The notes: generated from the sequence alone by a model not told the origin. Shown: positions 19,300 through 29,194, counted from the first letter of the stretch. The stretch: 64,000 nt of DNA from Crenarchaeota archaeon 13_1_40CM_3_52_17 (GCA_001918745.1 MNGN01000045.1:42829-106828); one strand, 5' to 3'. Program-made: numbers and translations.

Positions 19300-19680
19300 C
19301 TATGGAACCAAATACTTGAAGGCCCGACCTTCCTTGATTCTCCTCAGTCTGTGGTTCTGATACATCAGGGTAAGAGTTCCCGTAACGCTTCCATCAGTGA
19401 AAATCATAGAGTTGTGTCGTCGTGCTAGCTGAATCTCTCTCCAATCTCTAGGCATCTTTCCCCACGGCGATTGCAACAAGCTAGTAATCGCATCAGTGAG
19501 ATTCTCGTGTTTACCAACGTCTGGATATTGTTCACCCTGTTGCGGGGTCGAAGCTGAGGCCCGTGATGAGAGAATCTCATCCAGAATATCATTCATCACG
19601 TACGGGTTGATGTGATATTCCCCTTTCGGATATTTCCCTGATCCTTTCTCTGTCTTCTTTACAGACCCAGAATCTACCAA
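19300..19680 (-). CDS. hypothetical protein
   Basis: 126-aa ORF directly upstream of, and co-directional with, the disrupted wHTH gene. No family recognised. Confidence 0.4.
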   Translation of the reverse strand: MVDSGSVKKTEKGSGKYPKGEYHINPYVMNDILDEILSSRASASTPQQGEQYPDVGKHENLTDAITSLLQSPWGKMPRDWREIQLARRHNSMIFTDGSVTGTLTLMYQNHRLRRIKEGRAFKYLVP

Positions 19681-19904
19681 CTCCGATAGCCTAGCCGATC
19701 ATCTCTCTCGCTGGCTCGAATCTGTTTCTCGTATTGCATCCAAGAACAGACTCTACTCTCAAGTGATTCTGAGCTTTCTGTCTTTTTCGTGATTCTCTCG
19801 ATTAGGTGCGTCCTAATTCTAGGGACTGCCGCTCTTCGTGATTTGATCGACGGCGAAGGTTCTCTACGATCCACGGTGGTTCGCGGCCTGCTAAGGGAGG
19901 TCGG

Positions 19905-21878
19905 CTAGGAACCACTTGAAAGTGGACGATTCGGACTGCTCGATGACGGTGAGGGCCGCTGTAGCGTTGAGGAGATTGAGCGGGCGGGACGGTTTCGCCT
20001 GACCTCTGCCGCGAAGAGGGCCGCAAGTGTGACGGCCGTGGCTAGCAGCATAATAGCGACGGCAAATCCCCACGTTTCCCAGATGCTTGGAGGTGCGGCA
20101 GGGAAGTAGCCAGCAGCTTGCAGTAGCTGTCGGGATTTCGTGAGATTGAAACTGTAAGGGGTGAGGGCGGTGTTGAATCCGTCGGTGACGGCGAAGCCTG
20201 TCCGGTAATTGCCGACGACTGGAGTTGTTATCCCGGGGTTACCGTATCCGCCGAGAAGCTGTTGTATTATCAGGTCTCTAGGGATCGCGTAGCTGATAGC
20301 CTGGCGAACATATTTGGCGGCAAGAGAGGCTTTCGAAGGATCACTAGTGCCTAGTGGCGTATTGACGCCTGTTCCAAATATTGGGTGTTTCATGTTGAAG
20401 CCTAGCTCCTGGACCCCGAACGCGTCGTAGGACGTCCACTGGCTCGCCGGCCAGGTGGCGAGAAAACTCGTCTGGGTCTCGAGAGAGTACTGTGAATCGA
20501 GAATGCTTACCGACCCTGTCTGGAGGGCAGAAACTGCGTTATCGGCACTCGCTATGTGCTTGACGTAATAGTCCTTTACCTGAAAAGCTCCCCGGCTCTG
20601 AAGCGCAGTCTTCCCGTTCTGCGGAAAATCAAAGTAGTTATCATTCCTTGTCAGATGATTTGTCTCAGTCGTGGAATTATAGCTGACGAACTTGTACGGC
20701 CCCGTTCCGATAGGCCCGCCTCCAATCCCGGTGTTGAACGGGTTCGTCCTCCAGCTCGCATACGGAACACTCGCTAACACGTGTGCAGGAATGATCGGAG
20801 TGGTGAGAATATTCTCCACGAAGTAGGCGTAGGGATTCGGAAGAGTGAACTTGACAGTGTACTGGTCCACAATTGCTACATCGGTTTTCCCGCCGACTAT
20901 TCCTTTGATGAATGCCTCATTGGCCGCCGCCAGAGTATCATCTTGAAGCGCGTCAAATGTGAATTTGACATCTGTCGCGTTGAACGGAACCCCGCCATGC
21001 CATGTCACCCCAGGACGCAACGATACAGTCCAAGTCTTCTGGTCCGATGCAACAGACCAGCCTGTCGCCAGCTGTGGAATCATGTTCTTGAAGATCGTAT
21101 CATTTCTCTGCGCTAATGCGCTGAACATTGCTCCATAGACGGTCTGATCATAGTAGGAGCTGCTTACAGTCGGGTTGAAACCTTCCGATGGAGCCGGTGC
21201 CGTCTGGGCAAGGGTGATCGAGCCGGTCGTAGACCCGCCTAGCATCGACAATTGTTCGATAGGCGGCCAATATGGTGAGTGGTAGGTGCTGAACACGTAC
21301 TGGGCATTCGGCATGGTATAATCAAACGCAACAATTTCCTTCGTGTAGAGTATCGTGGCGGAGGGTTGCTGGTCATACATGAGCGCCTGCCATTGCTTCA
21401 CCAAGTCTAACCGCTGTGTTTTGTCGACTGTCTGCTTGATCTGTGCAGTCAGCTGATCATCCTGAGTGTTATTCCAGAGGTAATAATTGTACCCTATCGG
21501 AGCGAACTGTGAACTGTGATAGTAGGAATATGGATCGGCATCTATTCCGAGAGCATAGCCGAGAAATAGCGCGTCAAAACCGCCATTGTCGTAGCTTCTC
21601 CCGAGAACATCAGAGTCAGGGGTAAGCGCTCTATCGTATATCGTGGGCCAGTCAAGAACGACTCTCTGCGCATCGATGCCCAACGCCTGAAGATTGCTCT
21701 GGACGAGCAACGACCAGGCCTGTCGGGCCTGATTCGGCTGAGGCACCATCAAGGTAATTCTGAATATTCCGGAAGGCGCTGTATCAGCATGGACCCATAC
21801 GGGACTGGTCGAGGTAAGGGCAAGCCCGAGGAACAAGAATGCTAGGCAGTTATTCCGGGCCCCAGCTCGGCTAGTCAT
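19905..21878 (-). CDS. ABC-transporter substrate-binding protein, family 5 (peptide/nickel type), with C-terminal TM anchor
   Basis: 657 aa with a signal peptide, an SBP_bac_5-like body and a C-terminal hydrophobic anchor (WGFAVAIMLLATAVTLAALFAA). No permease or ATPase genes are adjacent. Confidence 0.8.
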   Translation of the reverse strand: MTSRAGARNNCLAFLFLGLALTSTSPVWVHADTAPSGIFRITLMVPQPNQARQAWSLLVQSNLQALGIDAQRVVLDWPTIYDRALTPDSDVLGRSYDNGGFDALFLGYALGIDADPYSYYHSSQFAPIGYNYYLWNNTQDDQLTAQIKQTVDKTQRLDLVKQWQALMYDQQPSATILYTKEIVAFDYTMPNAQYVFSTYHSPYWPPIEQLSMLGGSTTGSITLAQTAPAPSEGFNPTVSSSYYDQTVYGAMFSALAQRNDTIFKNMIPQLATGWSVASDQKTWTVSLRPGVTWHGGVPFNATDVKFTFDALQDDTLAAANEAFIKGIVGGKTDVAIVDQYTVKFTLPNPYAYFVENILTTPIIPAHVLASVPYASWRTNPFNTGIGGGPIGTGPYKFVSYNSTTETNHLTRNDNYFDFPQNGKTALQSRGAFQVKDYYVKHIASADNAVSALQTGSVSILDSQYSLETQTSFLATWPASQWTSYDAFGVQELGFNMKHPIFGTGVNTPLGTSDPSKASLAAKYVRQAISYAIPRDLIIQQLLGGYGNPGITTPVVGNYRTGFAVTDGFNTALTPYSFNLTKSRQLLQAAGYFPAAPPSIWETWGFAVAIMLLATAVTLAALFAAEVRRNRPARSISSTLQRPSPSSSSPNRPLSSGS

Positions 21879-22021
21879 TGCGAGAACACTGGGGCGAGCA
21901 GGCGATCGGGTGTAATGACTACTGTGTTCCTCTATTCGTCAGACTATGAGTACTAGACTCTTTTCCAGAACCAGCTTGTGCGACCTGATGTCAACAGTCG
22001 CAATACTTCCCCTGGACTTCC

Positions 22022-22195
22022 CTAACGGACCTTAACCTCGTGCGTTTTGGCCATGAACCCGTTTTTCTTGTGCGTACCATCGCAGAACGGCGTCAGCGTG
22101 GACCCGCCGCATCTGCACCAGGCTTGCACGACCTTCCCCTCGACAATAACGAGGTTCGGCCCGTTCTCAGTCGATTTTATCACAACATCAGACAT
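22022..22195 (-). CDS. CDGSH iron-sulfur domain protein (57 aa, not in ORF track)
   Basis: Hand translation gives MSDVVIKSTENGPNLVIVEGKVVQAWCRCGGSTLTPFCDGTHKKNGFMAKTHEVKVR*. This is an exact fit to C-x-C-x2-(S/T)-x3-P-x-C-D-G-(S/A/T)-H. It lies 25 nt downstream of the mtrA-like gene. Confidence 0.8.
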   Translation of the reverse strand: MSDVVIKSTENGPNLVIVEGKVVQAWCRCGGSTLTPFCDGTHKKNGFMAKTHEVKVR

Positions 22196-22220
22196 ACTCA
22201 CACTGTCACCTCTCTTCCAA

Positions 22221-23438
22221 TCATTGTCCTAGGACCTTAGCCACACGAGTCAGGACAACAAGCTGCTCTCCATGAACCAGATTGTTCTCACCGAACTTGC
22301 CGACAACCCGCAGGAGAGCGCCCACAACTAGATCATCTGCTCCGCCCATGATCAACTTGCTCGTCGGACCCCATTCAACCTCGAGACGCTGAGAGGTTAG
22401 AGGGAATGCCTGATTAGTTCCCGTTTCATCAGGGAGAAGGAAGACTCCTCCCAAAACCTGTTCCCTCGGCAGATCTGTTACCGAGAAAAACAGGTCCACC
22501 AACGTTCCCGGAGCAATTTCCCCTAGTTGTTTCACAGTGAGAACCGGGACTGGGGGTATCTTCGGATGCCCTGGCGTCTCGGTTTTGGTTCCCTCTGCTA
22601 AAGGTTGAGCTGGAGATTCGCGTGGCCTCAAAGGTCGATCCTGATCGTATCGTAATCCGAACTGCAATGCAGTCTGCGCCTTCGCCAGTTCCTCGCCCAG
22701 GTAGCCTGCATGGCTCAGTTGTGTGACAAGTCCATCACGCAAGAGACCGAGTAGCATCGAAGTTGCTCCACGTCCCCGCATCTCATGAGCGGGCGTATGA
22801 TTAGGCAGATAGTGTCGTAGAAGAATCTCCCCCTGTTCCGGCTCGATCGTTATGACGAAGTATCCTTTCGGATCGTACAGCAACGGCTCGCGCTGCCCAC
22901 CCGGCCGAATGGACACAAACTCCTCCACCTTTCTAGCGATACCCGCTTCTTTTTGTCCCGTCACGAAGACGCCTGGGTTACGATCAGAGAGACTCTTCAC
23001 TCGGTCCTGTAGAACCTGGAGGTCTTCTTCTCCAGTCCAGTCAAGAATTTCCACCTGTTGCCTGAACTGCGCGACCTGCCCAGGGTCTATCGATGGCAGG
23101 ACGGGATCGTAGCCGGCCGCCTCGATGATCCGTCGCTTGTCATCAATGCCCTTCTCTGATAGAGCGACAAGGGATTGTCCCGGCTTGAACAGTGCAGAGT
23201 CTTTGCCGCAGATGAGCAGGAAACGTATAGCAGGATTCGACGTGATGTTGACAATAATCCGTGTGATGCCAAGATTAGCCGTGTAGACCATGCCTGCAAT
23301 GGCCACTCCAGGAAGCGCAACGAGCGGACTGATCAGGCGTTCCGAGGTGAGTGCACATACCGCGACCGGTCCATTCGGATCGCCTACCTGATACGTTCCG
23401 GGCATGACCGGCCACTTTGCACTGTTCTTACTACTCAC
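22221..23438 (-). CDS. MtrA-like domain protein fused to DUF4346-like domain
   Basis: The N-terminal ~170 aa align by eye to methanogen MtrA (WPVMPGTYQVGDP..VAVCALTS; TANLGITRIIVNITSNPAIRFLLICGKD; QFRQQVEILDWTGEED). The middle part (DPKGYFVITIE...HAGYLGEELAKAQTALQFGLRYDQDRPL) looks like DUF4346. Confidence 0.7.
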   Translation of the reverse strand: MSSKNSAKWPVMPGTYQVGDPNGPVAVCALTSERLISPLVALPGVAIAGMVYTANLGITRIIVNITSNPAIRFLLICGKDSALFKPGQSLVALSEKGIDDKRRIIEAAGYDPVLPSIDPGQVAQFRQQVEILDWTGEEDLQVLQDRVKSLSDRNPGVFVTGQKEAGIARKVEEFVSIRPGGQREPLLYDPKGYFVITIEPEQGEILLRHYLPNHTPAHEMRGRGATSMLLGLLRDGLVTQLSHAGYLGEELAKAQTALQFGLRYDQDRPLRPRESPAQPLAEGTKTETPGHPKIPPVPVLTVKQLGEIAPGTLVDLFFSVTDLPREQVLGGVFLLPDETGTNQAFPLTSQRLEVEWGPTSKLIMGGADDLVVGALLRVVGKFGENNLVHGEQLVVLTRVAKVLGQ

Positions 23439-23854
23439 TGTTCAAGGTCAACTTTCCTATCTGATCGAGTTCCTCAACGCGTAACCCTGGGCGGAGTATT
23501 TCCAGTACTCTATTCGCGGCTGCATTTTCTTCATAATACGCGAGTTATGGAAATCATGGAACGCTCGAATCTGCGCTCCTCCATGATAGAATCCTATTCG
23601 CGAATCGTCCGATTCACTTGGTATCAGTCGCAATTTGTCCAAGAGCCTGGTTGAGCGAACGTCGAGTCGGCTGGAGGATAATCCAGCCATTTTGCAACTT
23701 ACGTCATGTGTGCGAGATCCTGTGCAAATATTGTTCATTTTTTCTCAGTAGCGGTAATATGCGCGAGATGCTAATAATTCCGAGCGGAAACCCAAGTCCA
23801 CAGCGGACCCGAATGTTATCTTAGGAAGAGTGTTCTTGGGGAAAGATAACCTGG

Positions 23855-24274
23855 CTATTTTACAAGTCCAAATTGTCTTAGCAAAGATTGTGAGTCGAAG
23901 TATCTCCTTTCCTCGATGATCAGACCCTTGGAATCGATTCGGAGAAATTCTGCCCCTGTCCAGCTGACCTTTCTATTGGTGGCGGGTATAGTCCCTGAAG
24001 ACCCTTCGATAGAGCCGGTGTGCGTCCCAGTTATCTTGAACTCGACTACCGCGTCTCTATCCTTGGCTAAGAGTCTCACGATTTCGTAATGGACATCAGG
24101 AATGGCAGTAAAGGAAGCATCCAGGTCGTTCATGATCGCGGTCTTTCCTCGTAATGGCTTGGGATACACTGGGTCATGAACAACTGCATCGGATGCTATG
24201 AGAGCCGCATAAGCCACCTTATCGTGGCGGTTGAAGGCATCAATGGATTTTCTCGCAACTTCTTCAGGTGTCAA
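23855..24274 (-). CDS. SnoaL-like/NTF2-fold (ester cyclase-like) protein
   Basis: 139 aa. KSIDAFNRHDKVAYAALIASDAVVHDP...GTHTG is typical of the SnoaL-like fold. Confidence 0.75.
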   Translation of the reverse strand: MTPEEVARKSIDAFNRHDKVAYAALIASDAVVHDPVYPKPLRGKTAIMNDLDASFTAIPDVHYEIVRLLAKDRDAVVEFKITGTHTGSIEGSSGTIPATNRKVSWTGAEFLRIDSKGLIIEERRYFDSQSLLRQFGLVK

Positions 24275-24334
24275 CTAACGTCGATGTCCCTTTGTTGCTT
24301 ATATCTCGGGCTAACATTGTTTCAGTAGATAACA

Positions 24335-24775
24335 TTGAGTAAGCTGGCGTCGAGCTGCCAACCCGATATCTCAAGCATCATTTCCGGGAAAAGTGAACTT
24401 TGCAGGAGAGACATATGCGCGGTCATCAAAGCGGTAAGGAAGCTAGGCTCAGAGTGGAGAATCCTCATCTCATACTACCTCCTCGACAACCCGCTTCGAT
24501 TCAACGACTTACTCCGGAAGGGCAAGCCTGATGATCTGAACGCGCGAACTCTCTCTAGAACTCTAAAGTATCTGCAGAGTATGGGAATCGTTGAGAGAAG
24601 AGTAACCGGCACAGAACCCTTCTCAGTCGTCTACAGCCTCACAGAGAAAGGACGAGACCTAAGCGATATCCTATCTTCGTATCGAAGATGGGGAGAAAAG
24701 TGGACCCCAAGCATCGTCCACCCTTTACCCTACATGAAGGTAAAGCGACCTCTGACAGTGAGAACTGCTTCCTAG
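24335..24775 (+). CDS. HxlR-family winged-helix transcriptional regulator
   Basis: GSEWRILISYYLLDNPLRFNDLLR...LSRTLKYLQSMGIVERRV...YSLTEKGRDL. It is divergent from the SnoaL-like gene and uses a TTG start. Confidence 0.8.
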   Translation: MSKLASSCQPDISSIISGKSELCRRDICAVIKAVRKLGSEWRILISYYLLDNPLRFNDLLRKGKPDDLNARTLSRTLKYLQSMGIVERRVTGTEPFSVVYSLTEKGRDLSDILSSYRRWGEKWTPSIVHPLPYMKVKRPLTVRTAS

Positions 24776-24776
24776 C

Positions 24777-25391
24777 CTAACGGGGAGGAAGATGAAGGGA
24801 ACGCTCGAACTCCTCAGCTGCCGCACGGTCAATTGCTCTCTGAAGCACCCATCGGTCGTAAACAAGAGCGCAAAACGCCGCGGCAATTCCGACTAAGTAA
24901 ATGTAGAATCCTGTTTGGAAACCCCACGTCTCCGTAATAGCAGGGGGCGGACCGTTAGTGCATGTTCCGTACACTCCCGAAATACAATCGACCGACCAAG
25001 CGCTAAGCCCTGCTCTCACAGATGAATAGACGACTGAGACATAGAGGAGCGTGATCATGACCGAAGAAGCCAATCCGGCTGCAAGAAAACGAGTACGTCT
25101 CAGATTTCTTCCTACAAAGGCGAGAACCGCCGTGCCCAACGCAAGTGTGCCAATAATGGACGTTCCCGATGAGAGGACTTGGTTCAGATAGTCTACCCAA
25201 GAATATGCTTGTGGAGGAGGACCTAGCATGACAAGGGGTCCAATCCACATATTCCAACGGAGTGAATAGGATATTCCATAGGTAGGGCCAGAAATATCGA
25301 GACCCCACCAAGGAAAGAGTGTACTAACGAAGAATAAGCTCGCAGCAATGAGTGCCACAACGTTCAGCCGGAGCAGTTCCCTGACAAGCAT
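24777..25391 (-). CDS. integral membrane protein (hypothetical)
   Basis: 204 aa with about 5 TM segments. No family recognised. Confidence 0.5.
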   Translation of the reverse strand: MLVRELLRLNVVALIAASLFFVSTLFPWWGLDISGPTYGISYSLRWNMWIGPLVMLGPPPQAYSWVDYLNQVLSSGTSIIGTLALGTAVLAFVGRNLRRTRFLAAGLASSVMITLLYVSVVYSSVRAGLSAWSVDCISGVYGTCTNGPPPAITETWGFQTGFYIYLVGIAAAFCALVYDRWVLQRAIDRAAAEEFERSLHLPPR

Positions 25392-25539
25392 GATACAAGT
25401 TAGTAGCCATCACGAATATCAGACTTTCAATCGCTGAGGTCTTTCGTAAATAGGAAAAATCTGAAATCCTGAGAGAAGCACTGTCTCAAAGTCTTGCAGA
25501 GTACCCGTCAGATTCGGATAGCCCGCGAACCTCGTTGGA

Positions 25540-25914
25540 ATGATGATATTCGTTCAGGTTATTCTTGGAGGCGGTTCTTTCGTTCTAGGCTGGGATGTTA
25601 GGTATCACCTAGTCTGGGGAACGCTAACCTTCATAGTGCTCATAGTCTCGACCGTGCTGGCGCGCAGAGATTTCGGTGTCAATTCCACCCTGTTCAAAGT
25701 AGCTCTCGCGGTCATCGTCGACTTTGTCGTCCAAGGGATACTGGGACTGTTCGCTTTTGGATCTGGCGTCGCAGTTGTTGTCCATCTTACCAACGCTTTC
25801 CTACTCGCCGTCATCGTCACCTATCTGATTAGTTTCGCGGACAGCGCCGACAAGGCCTCCACTACCATACTTTCCCAGACTCAGACGGCACCTACAGGGA
25901 ATTTACGCGGGTAA
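25540..25914 (+). CDS. integral membrane protein (hypothetical)
   Basis: 124 aa with 4 TM segments. Confidence 0.5.
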   Translation: MMIFVQVILGGGSFVLGWDVRYHLVWGTLTFIVLIVSTVLARRDFGVNSTLFKVALAVIVDFVVQGILGLFAFGSGVAVVVHLTNAFLLAVIVTYLISFADSADKASTTILSQTQTAPTGNLRG

Positions 25915-26058
25915 GCATCGTGATGCTTAACGCTAGCTTGCATTCGGATGCTGATGCGTAGAACTGCTCATATACGCTAGATCAATCGCGAGAATTTTAG
26001 GAATCCTGACCACTCACTTTAGATAGTTTCTCGGTTATCTTCTTAGCGGACTTCTGGG

Positions 26059-26247
26059 TTGCCTAATGTCTGGCTACTTCTCGGGAGTGTAGTGATGTTT
26101 TTTTCAACCGCGGGCTACAGTGCTTGGAGAAGGAATTTCCGGGAACATTGGGCCCGGGGAGAGCACTATTACGACGTGGATCGATGGGAGGTGATTCTGA
26201 GCAGCTTAGGTATTGTCCTATTTCTATTGGGTGCGTATTGGCAATGA
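26059..26247 (+). CDS. small membrane protein (hypothetical)
   Basis: 62 aa with two hydrophobic segments. Confidence 0.35.
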   Translation: MPNVWLLLGSVVMFFSTAGYSAWRRNFREHWARGEHYYDVDRWEVILSSLGIVLFLLGAYWQ

Positions 26248-26384
26248 TTATTGTCATTCTCTCCCGAACTAATACGGCTCATTCAAGGAAGATGCTCGCG
26301 TAGACTTGTCGACATCAACGTGAAACCAATTTCGCCAAAGTGTGGGTTCTCACTTTTATGTAGAGAACCTATGGGAAGGCTACG

Positions 26385-26794
26385 ATGCTCGACCGCGACG
26401 AGGAACTCAAACTCCTCGCATTTCTTGCAAGCCTCGCCGGCCTCCTTGGGATCGTTGTCTCGGTGAGCAACTTCCAGATCGGCTCCGCTTCCTCAACTAC
26501 AGTCAGAGCGTACTTCTCTGTAATCCTAGTCGTCTTCATGTTCACAGCCGCAATCGCATATCTTAGCGCCCTCGGGGACAAGGATGTCGGGGAATCAATC
26601 AGGCTGTCCTCGGCTTCTTCTCCACACTTCTAGGATTGGTGGTTGGAGCAGCTGTGGCAAGCCAATACCCTTCCGACTACGCGTTTGCGGGATTCTGGCT
26701 GACCGGATTCATTCTCTCAATACTCTTCTACTTGTCCCTACAGAAATGGCACAAGAATCTCAAGTGGCAACTAGAGCCAAACAATCCCTCCTAG
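26385..26794 (+). pseudogene. membrane protein gene with apparent frameshift at a G4 run (26589-26592)
   Basis: ORF 26385..26633 encodes two TM segments. After the G-run its frame degenerates. The -1 frame continues as GINQAVLGFFSTLLGLVVGAAVASQYPSDYAFAGFWLTGFILSILFYLSLQKWHKNLKWQLEPNNPS*, which gives two more TM segments and a stop at 26792-26794. Confidence 0.4.
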
Positions 26795-26827
26795 GCTTTC
26801 CGAACAGCGTAAGAGGCCAATCAAACC

Positions 26828-28105
26828 ATGAAAGAGGGCAAGAAGGCTGCAGATGTCGAGAAGGCTCTCCAACACTGGACAGGCTCCGTAATTGACCCTC
26901 AGCTGAAACCCGTTCAGGCTAAAACAAGACAGTTAGCCGAGGCCGCTCTTTCATTAGCCTCATCTCTGGAAAGTCGATGCCGAGAATTCATTCGAAACAC
27001 CAAATATGACATGTCTGGCCTTGGCGATTCCCGACGGCTTCGAGCAGCCATGGCACTAAACCGGGTCTCCGGAGAGATCGTCACTGCAAGCGGCGAGTTT
27101 CTGAAGTCAAATCCAAGTGATTCGATATCGAAATTGGAGACGAGCATTTTGAGACTGTTGCGGGTGGCTGGTTCAAGCTACAACGAGTCGGTGAGAGCGA
27201 TGGGTTCACACTACGCTTCAGAGAGAGGATGGCTCAGAGCAGAGATAGAGGGGTTGCAGCGCGTCAATCACCAGACGTCCCAGTTCCGGACAAGGACCCG
27301 GGATATCACGTCGATCCGTGACCAAATACAAGAACGCTCCAAGCTCCTTGTTGAGAATCTCACGACGCTACAGAATCTTGAGAGTTCCCGCGTCCAGCTC
27401 GAAAAGGAGATTCAGCAACTTGCCTACAACGAGGGTTCGCTTCTAGAAGCTATCGAACGGATTGAATCTGATTCCAAGATTCATACTCTCAATGCCAAAG
27501 AAGCGGAACTCAAAGCGCTGAGAAAGAGGCTCTTGAACGAAGAAATGTCCAGACTGGGCGGAGTATTTGCGAAGGTTCTGTCGTTGCATCATAGGGGAGA
27601 AGTGCATACCCATCTTCAGGCAATAGAAGTATTGACGCGATATGTGAAAACTCCATTGACGACCTTGGCCAAGGAATCCGACGGCTATCCGGAACTAACT
27701 GACCTGCTCGAGGGCCTTTGCGAATCCATTGAATCAAACAGGCTACCGCTCGGCGAGAAAAAGGCGAGAAAGACCCTCGAAAGGGCGAAACGGATCATAA
27801 ACGGGTCACTCAGACCGATTCAGAAAGAGGCTAGAGAAGCCTTTGCGGCGAGGAGTCAGATTCTACGCTCCCCCAACGTGAGGCATCTCAGATCCCAGCG
27901 ATCTGACCTACGAGCAGAATACACTAGATCCCGAGCTTCGAAGCAATCGCTGGAATCGAGAGTCAAGAGCATAGGCGAGGAAGCTTCATTGCTGAAAGCC
28001 CAAGCGAAAACCCATCTGGATGCAATAGATGAACTCGCCACCCAGAACTTCAACAAAAGCGTCCCGCGGGAACTGCGTGAAGAGGTCCAATCCTTAGCCC
28101 ACTAG
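26828..28105 (+). CDS. long coiled-coil protein (hypothetical)
   Basis: 425 aa, rich in heptad-like Glu/Lys/Leu/Arg segments. No NTPase motif. Confidence 0.6.
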   Translation: MKEGKKAADVEKALQHWTGSVIDPQLKPVQAKTRQLAEAALSLASSLESRCREFIRNTKYDMSGLGDSRRLRAAMALNRVSGEIVTASGEFLKSNPSDSISKLETSILRLLRVAGSSYNESVRAMGSHYASERGWLRAEIEGLQRVNHQTSQFRTRTRDITSIRDQIQERSKLLVENLTTLQNLESSRVQLEKEIQQLAYNEGSLLEAIERIESDSKIHTLNAKEAELKALRKRLLNEEMSRLGGVFAKVLSLHHRGEVHTHLQAIEVLTRYVKTPLTTLAKESDGYPELTDLLEGLCESIESNRLPLGEKKARKTLERAKRIINGSLRPIQKEAREAFAARSQILRSPNVRHLRSQRSDLRAEYTRSRASKQSLESRVKSIGEEASLLKAQAKTHLDAIDELATQNFNKSVPRELREEVQSLAH

Positions 28106-28199
28106 ACACTTCGTCAACCCCGACCAGACCTCTCCGGCGTTCCGGCCACGGGTCCCTCCCAGAGGTAACTCGCTTCAAAAACAGTTGTGACGGGACTGT

Positions 28200-28661
28200 C
28201 TATTGGGATTCGCGTGCCTTCATTCGTTTCTCTAGCTCTTCCTGGGGCACATCTTCCACGTGTGTGGCGATCCACCACTGGTTTCCGAACTGGTCCTTGA
28301 TGCCTCCTGTCCGGTCTCCGTAGAACTGGTCAGACGGTTCTCTCAGCGAGGTTGCACCTTCCCCCAGTGCTCGTTTGTAGGCCGCATCAACATCCTCCGT
28401 GTAAACGTTGATCATTGCAGGGACAGCTGGGAATTCTGGGGTTGCGTCGTTTATCATTATGATTGAGTCGCCGATCCTCACTTCGGCGTGACGGATTCGA
28501 CCATCGGACCCGGTGAACCTCTCTTCTTCCTCCGCGTCAAACACCTGCCTGAGGAAGTCTATCAAGTTCGATGCTCCATCAACACTCACTATAGGAGTGA
28601 GGGAATGATAGCCCTCGGGAATAGGTTTCACTTTGCTAGTAACCGATTGCATGGTCGACAA
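28200..28661 (-). CDS. VOC/glyoxalase-family protein (PhnB-like)
   Basis: GYHSLTPIVSVDGASNLIDFLRQVF...HAEVRIGDSIIMINDA...DQFYGDRTGGIKDQFGNQWWIATH. Confidence 0.85.
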   Translation of the reverse strand: MSTMQSVTSKVKPIPEGYHSLTPIVSVDGASNLIDFLRQVFDAEEEERFTGSDGRIRHAEVRIGDSIIMINDATPEFPAVPAMINVYTEDVDAAYKRALGEGATSLREPSDQFYGDRTGGIKDQFGNQWWIATHVEDVPQEELEKRMKARESQ

Positions 28662-28724
28662 AGATTGGTCATGGCTTGATAAAAGGGTGACTCGACAGAA
28701 AGCGATTTGAATCTCATGCGAAAC

Positions 28725-29194
28725 TTAGGAGACTTTGATTGTGAAAATGAACTGGTTGCTTCGTGACGTGTTCAGTGTTATGGTGTAGTAAGTGCCGGAG
28801 TTGAAAGTGAACGCACTCCCGTCTATAAGCAGATTAGCAGTTACGAGGTGACCGGGCGGTGCTGTAGGGCCTGACCAGTTGTTGTTCGCGTAAGGCTGAC
28901 TGTACGGATTCCTGACATAGTAAGATGTCCCAGAAAGATCGCGACGGATCCCGTGTTTGTGATCTGGACAGTCATATTTGTAGACGAGTTCACAGCTGCT
29001 GTGACGATGTTGAGGTCTTCCCTTCCCGGGCAAGGGGTCGCTCCAAAGGAACCGCAGAGCCCGGGCCCCGTGGGTGGTTCATAGAGTATCAGGCCGAACA
29101 GGATCACGAATATTGCAAGGACTGAGAGAAGGATTACTGCGGCGACTTTTTCATTAGTTGACCAGTGCATCCAACCCTTTGCCTCTTCTCCCAT
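28725..29194 (-). pseudogene. membrane-anchored extracytoplasmic protein, apparently frameshifted near 28930-28940
   Basis: ORF 28841..29194 has an N-terminal TM and reads ...MTVQITNTGSVAIF. ORF 28725..29033 reads ...SGTSYYVRNPYSQPYANNNWSG...FTFNSGTYYTITLNTSRSNQFIFTIKVS*. They overlap in different frames, and the beta-rich sequence continues only after a shift at the TTT/AAA run. Confidence 0.4.

Noticed and set aside
23457-23738. 93-aa ORF in the 415-bp gap between the MtrA-like and SnoaL-like genes (also 23175..23654 on the plus strand)
   Set aside because: No recognisable motif is present, and it contains a perfect hairpin (GGCTGGA-n6-TCCAGCC). I cannot support coding. The gap remains unexplained.
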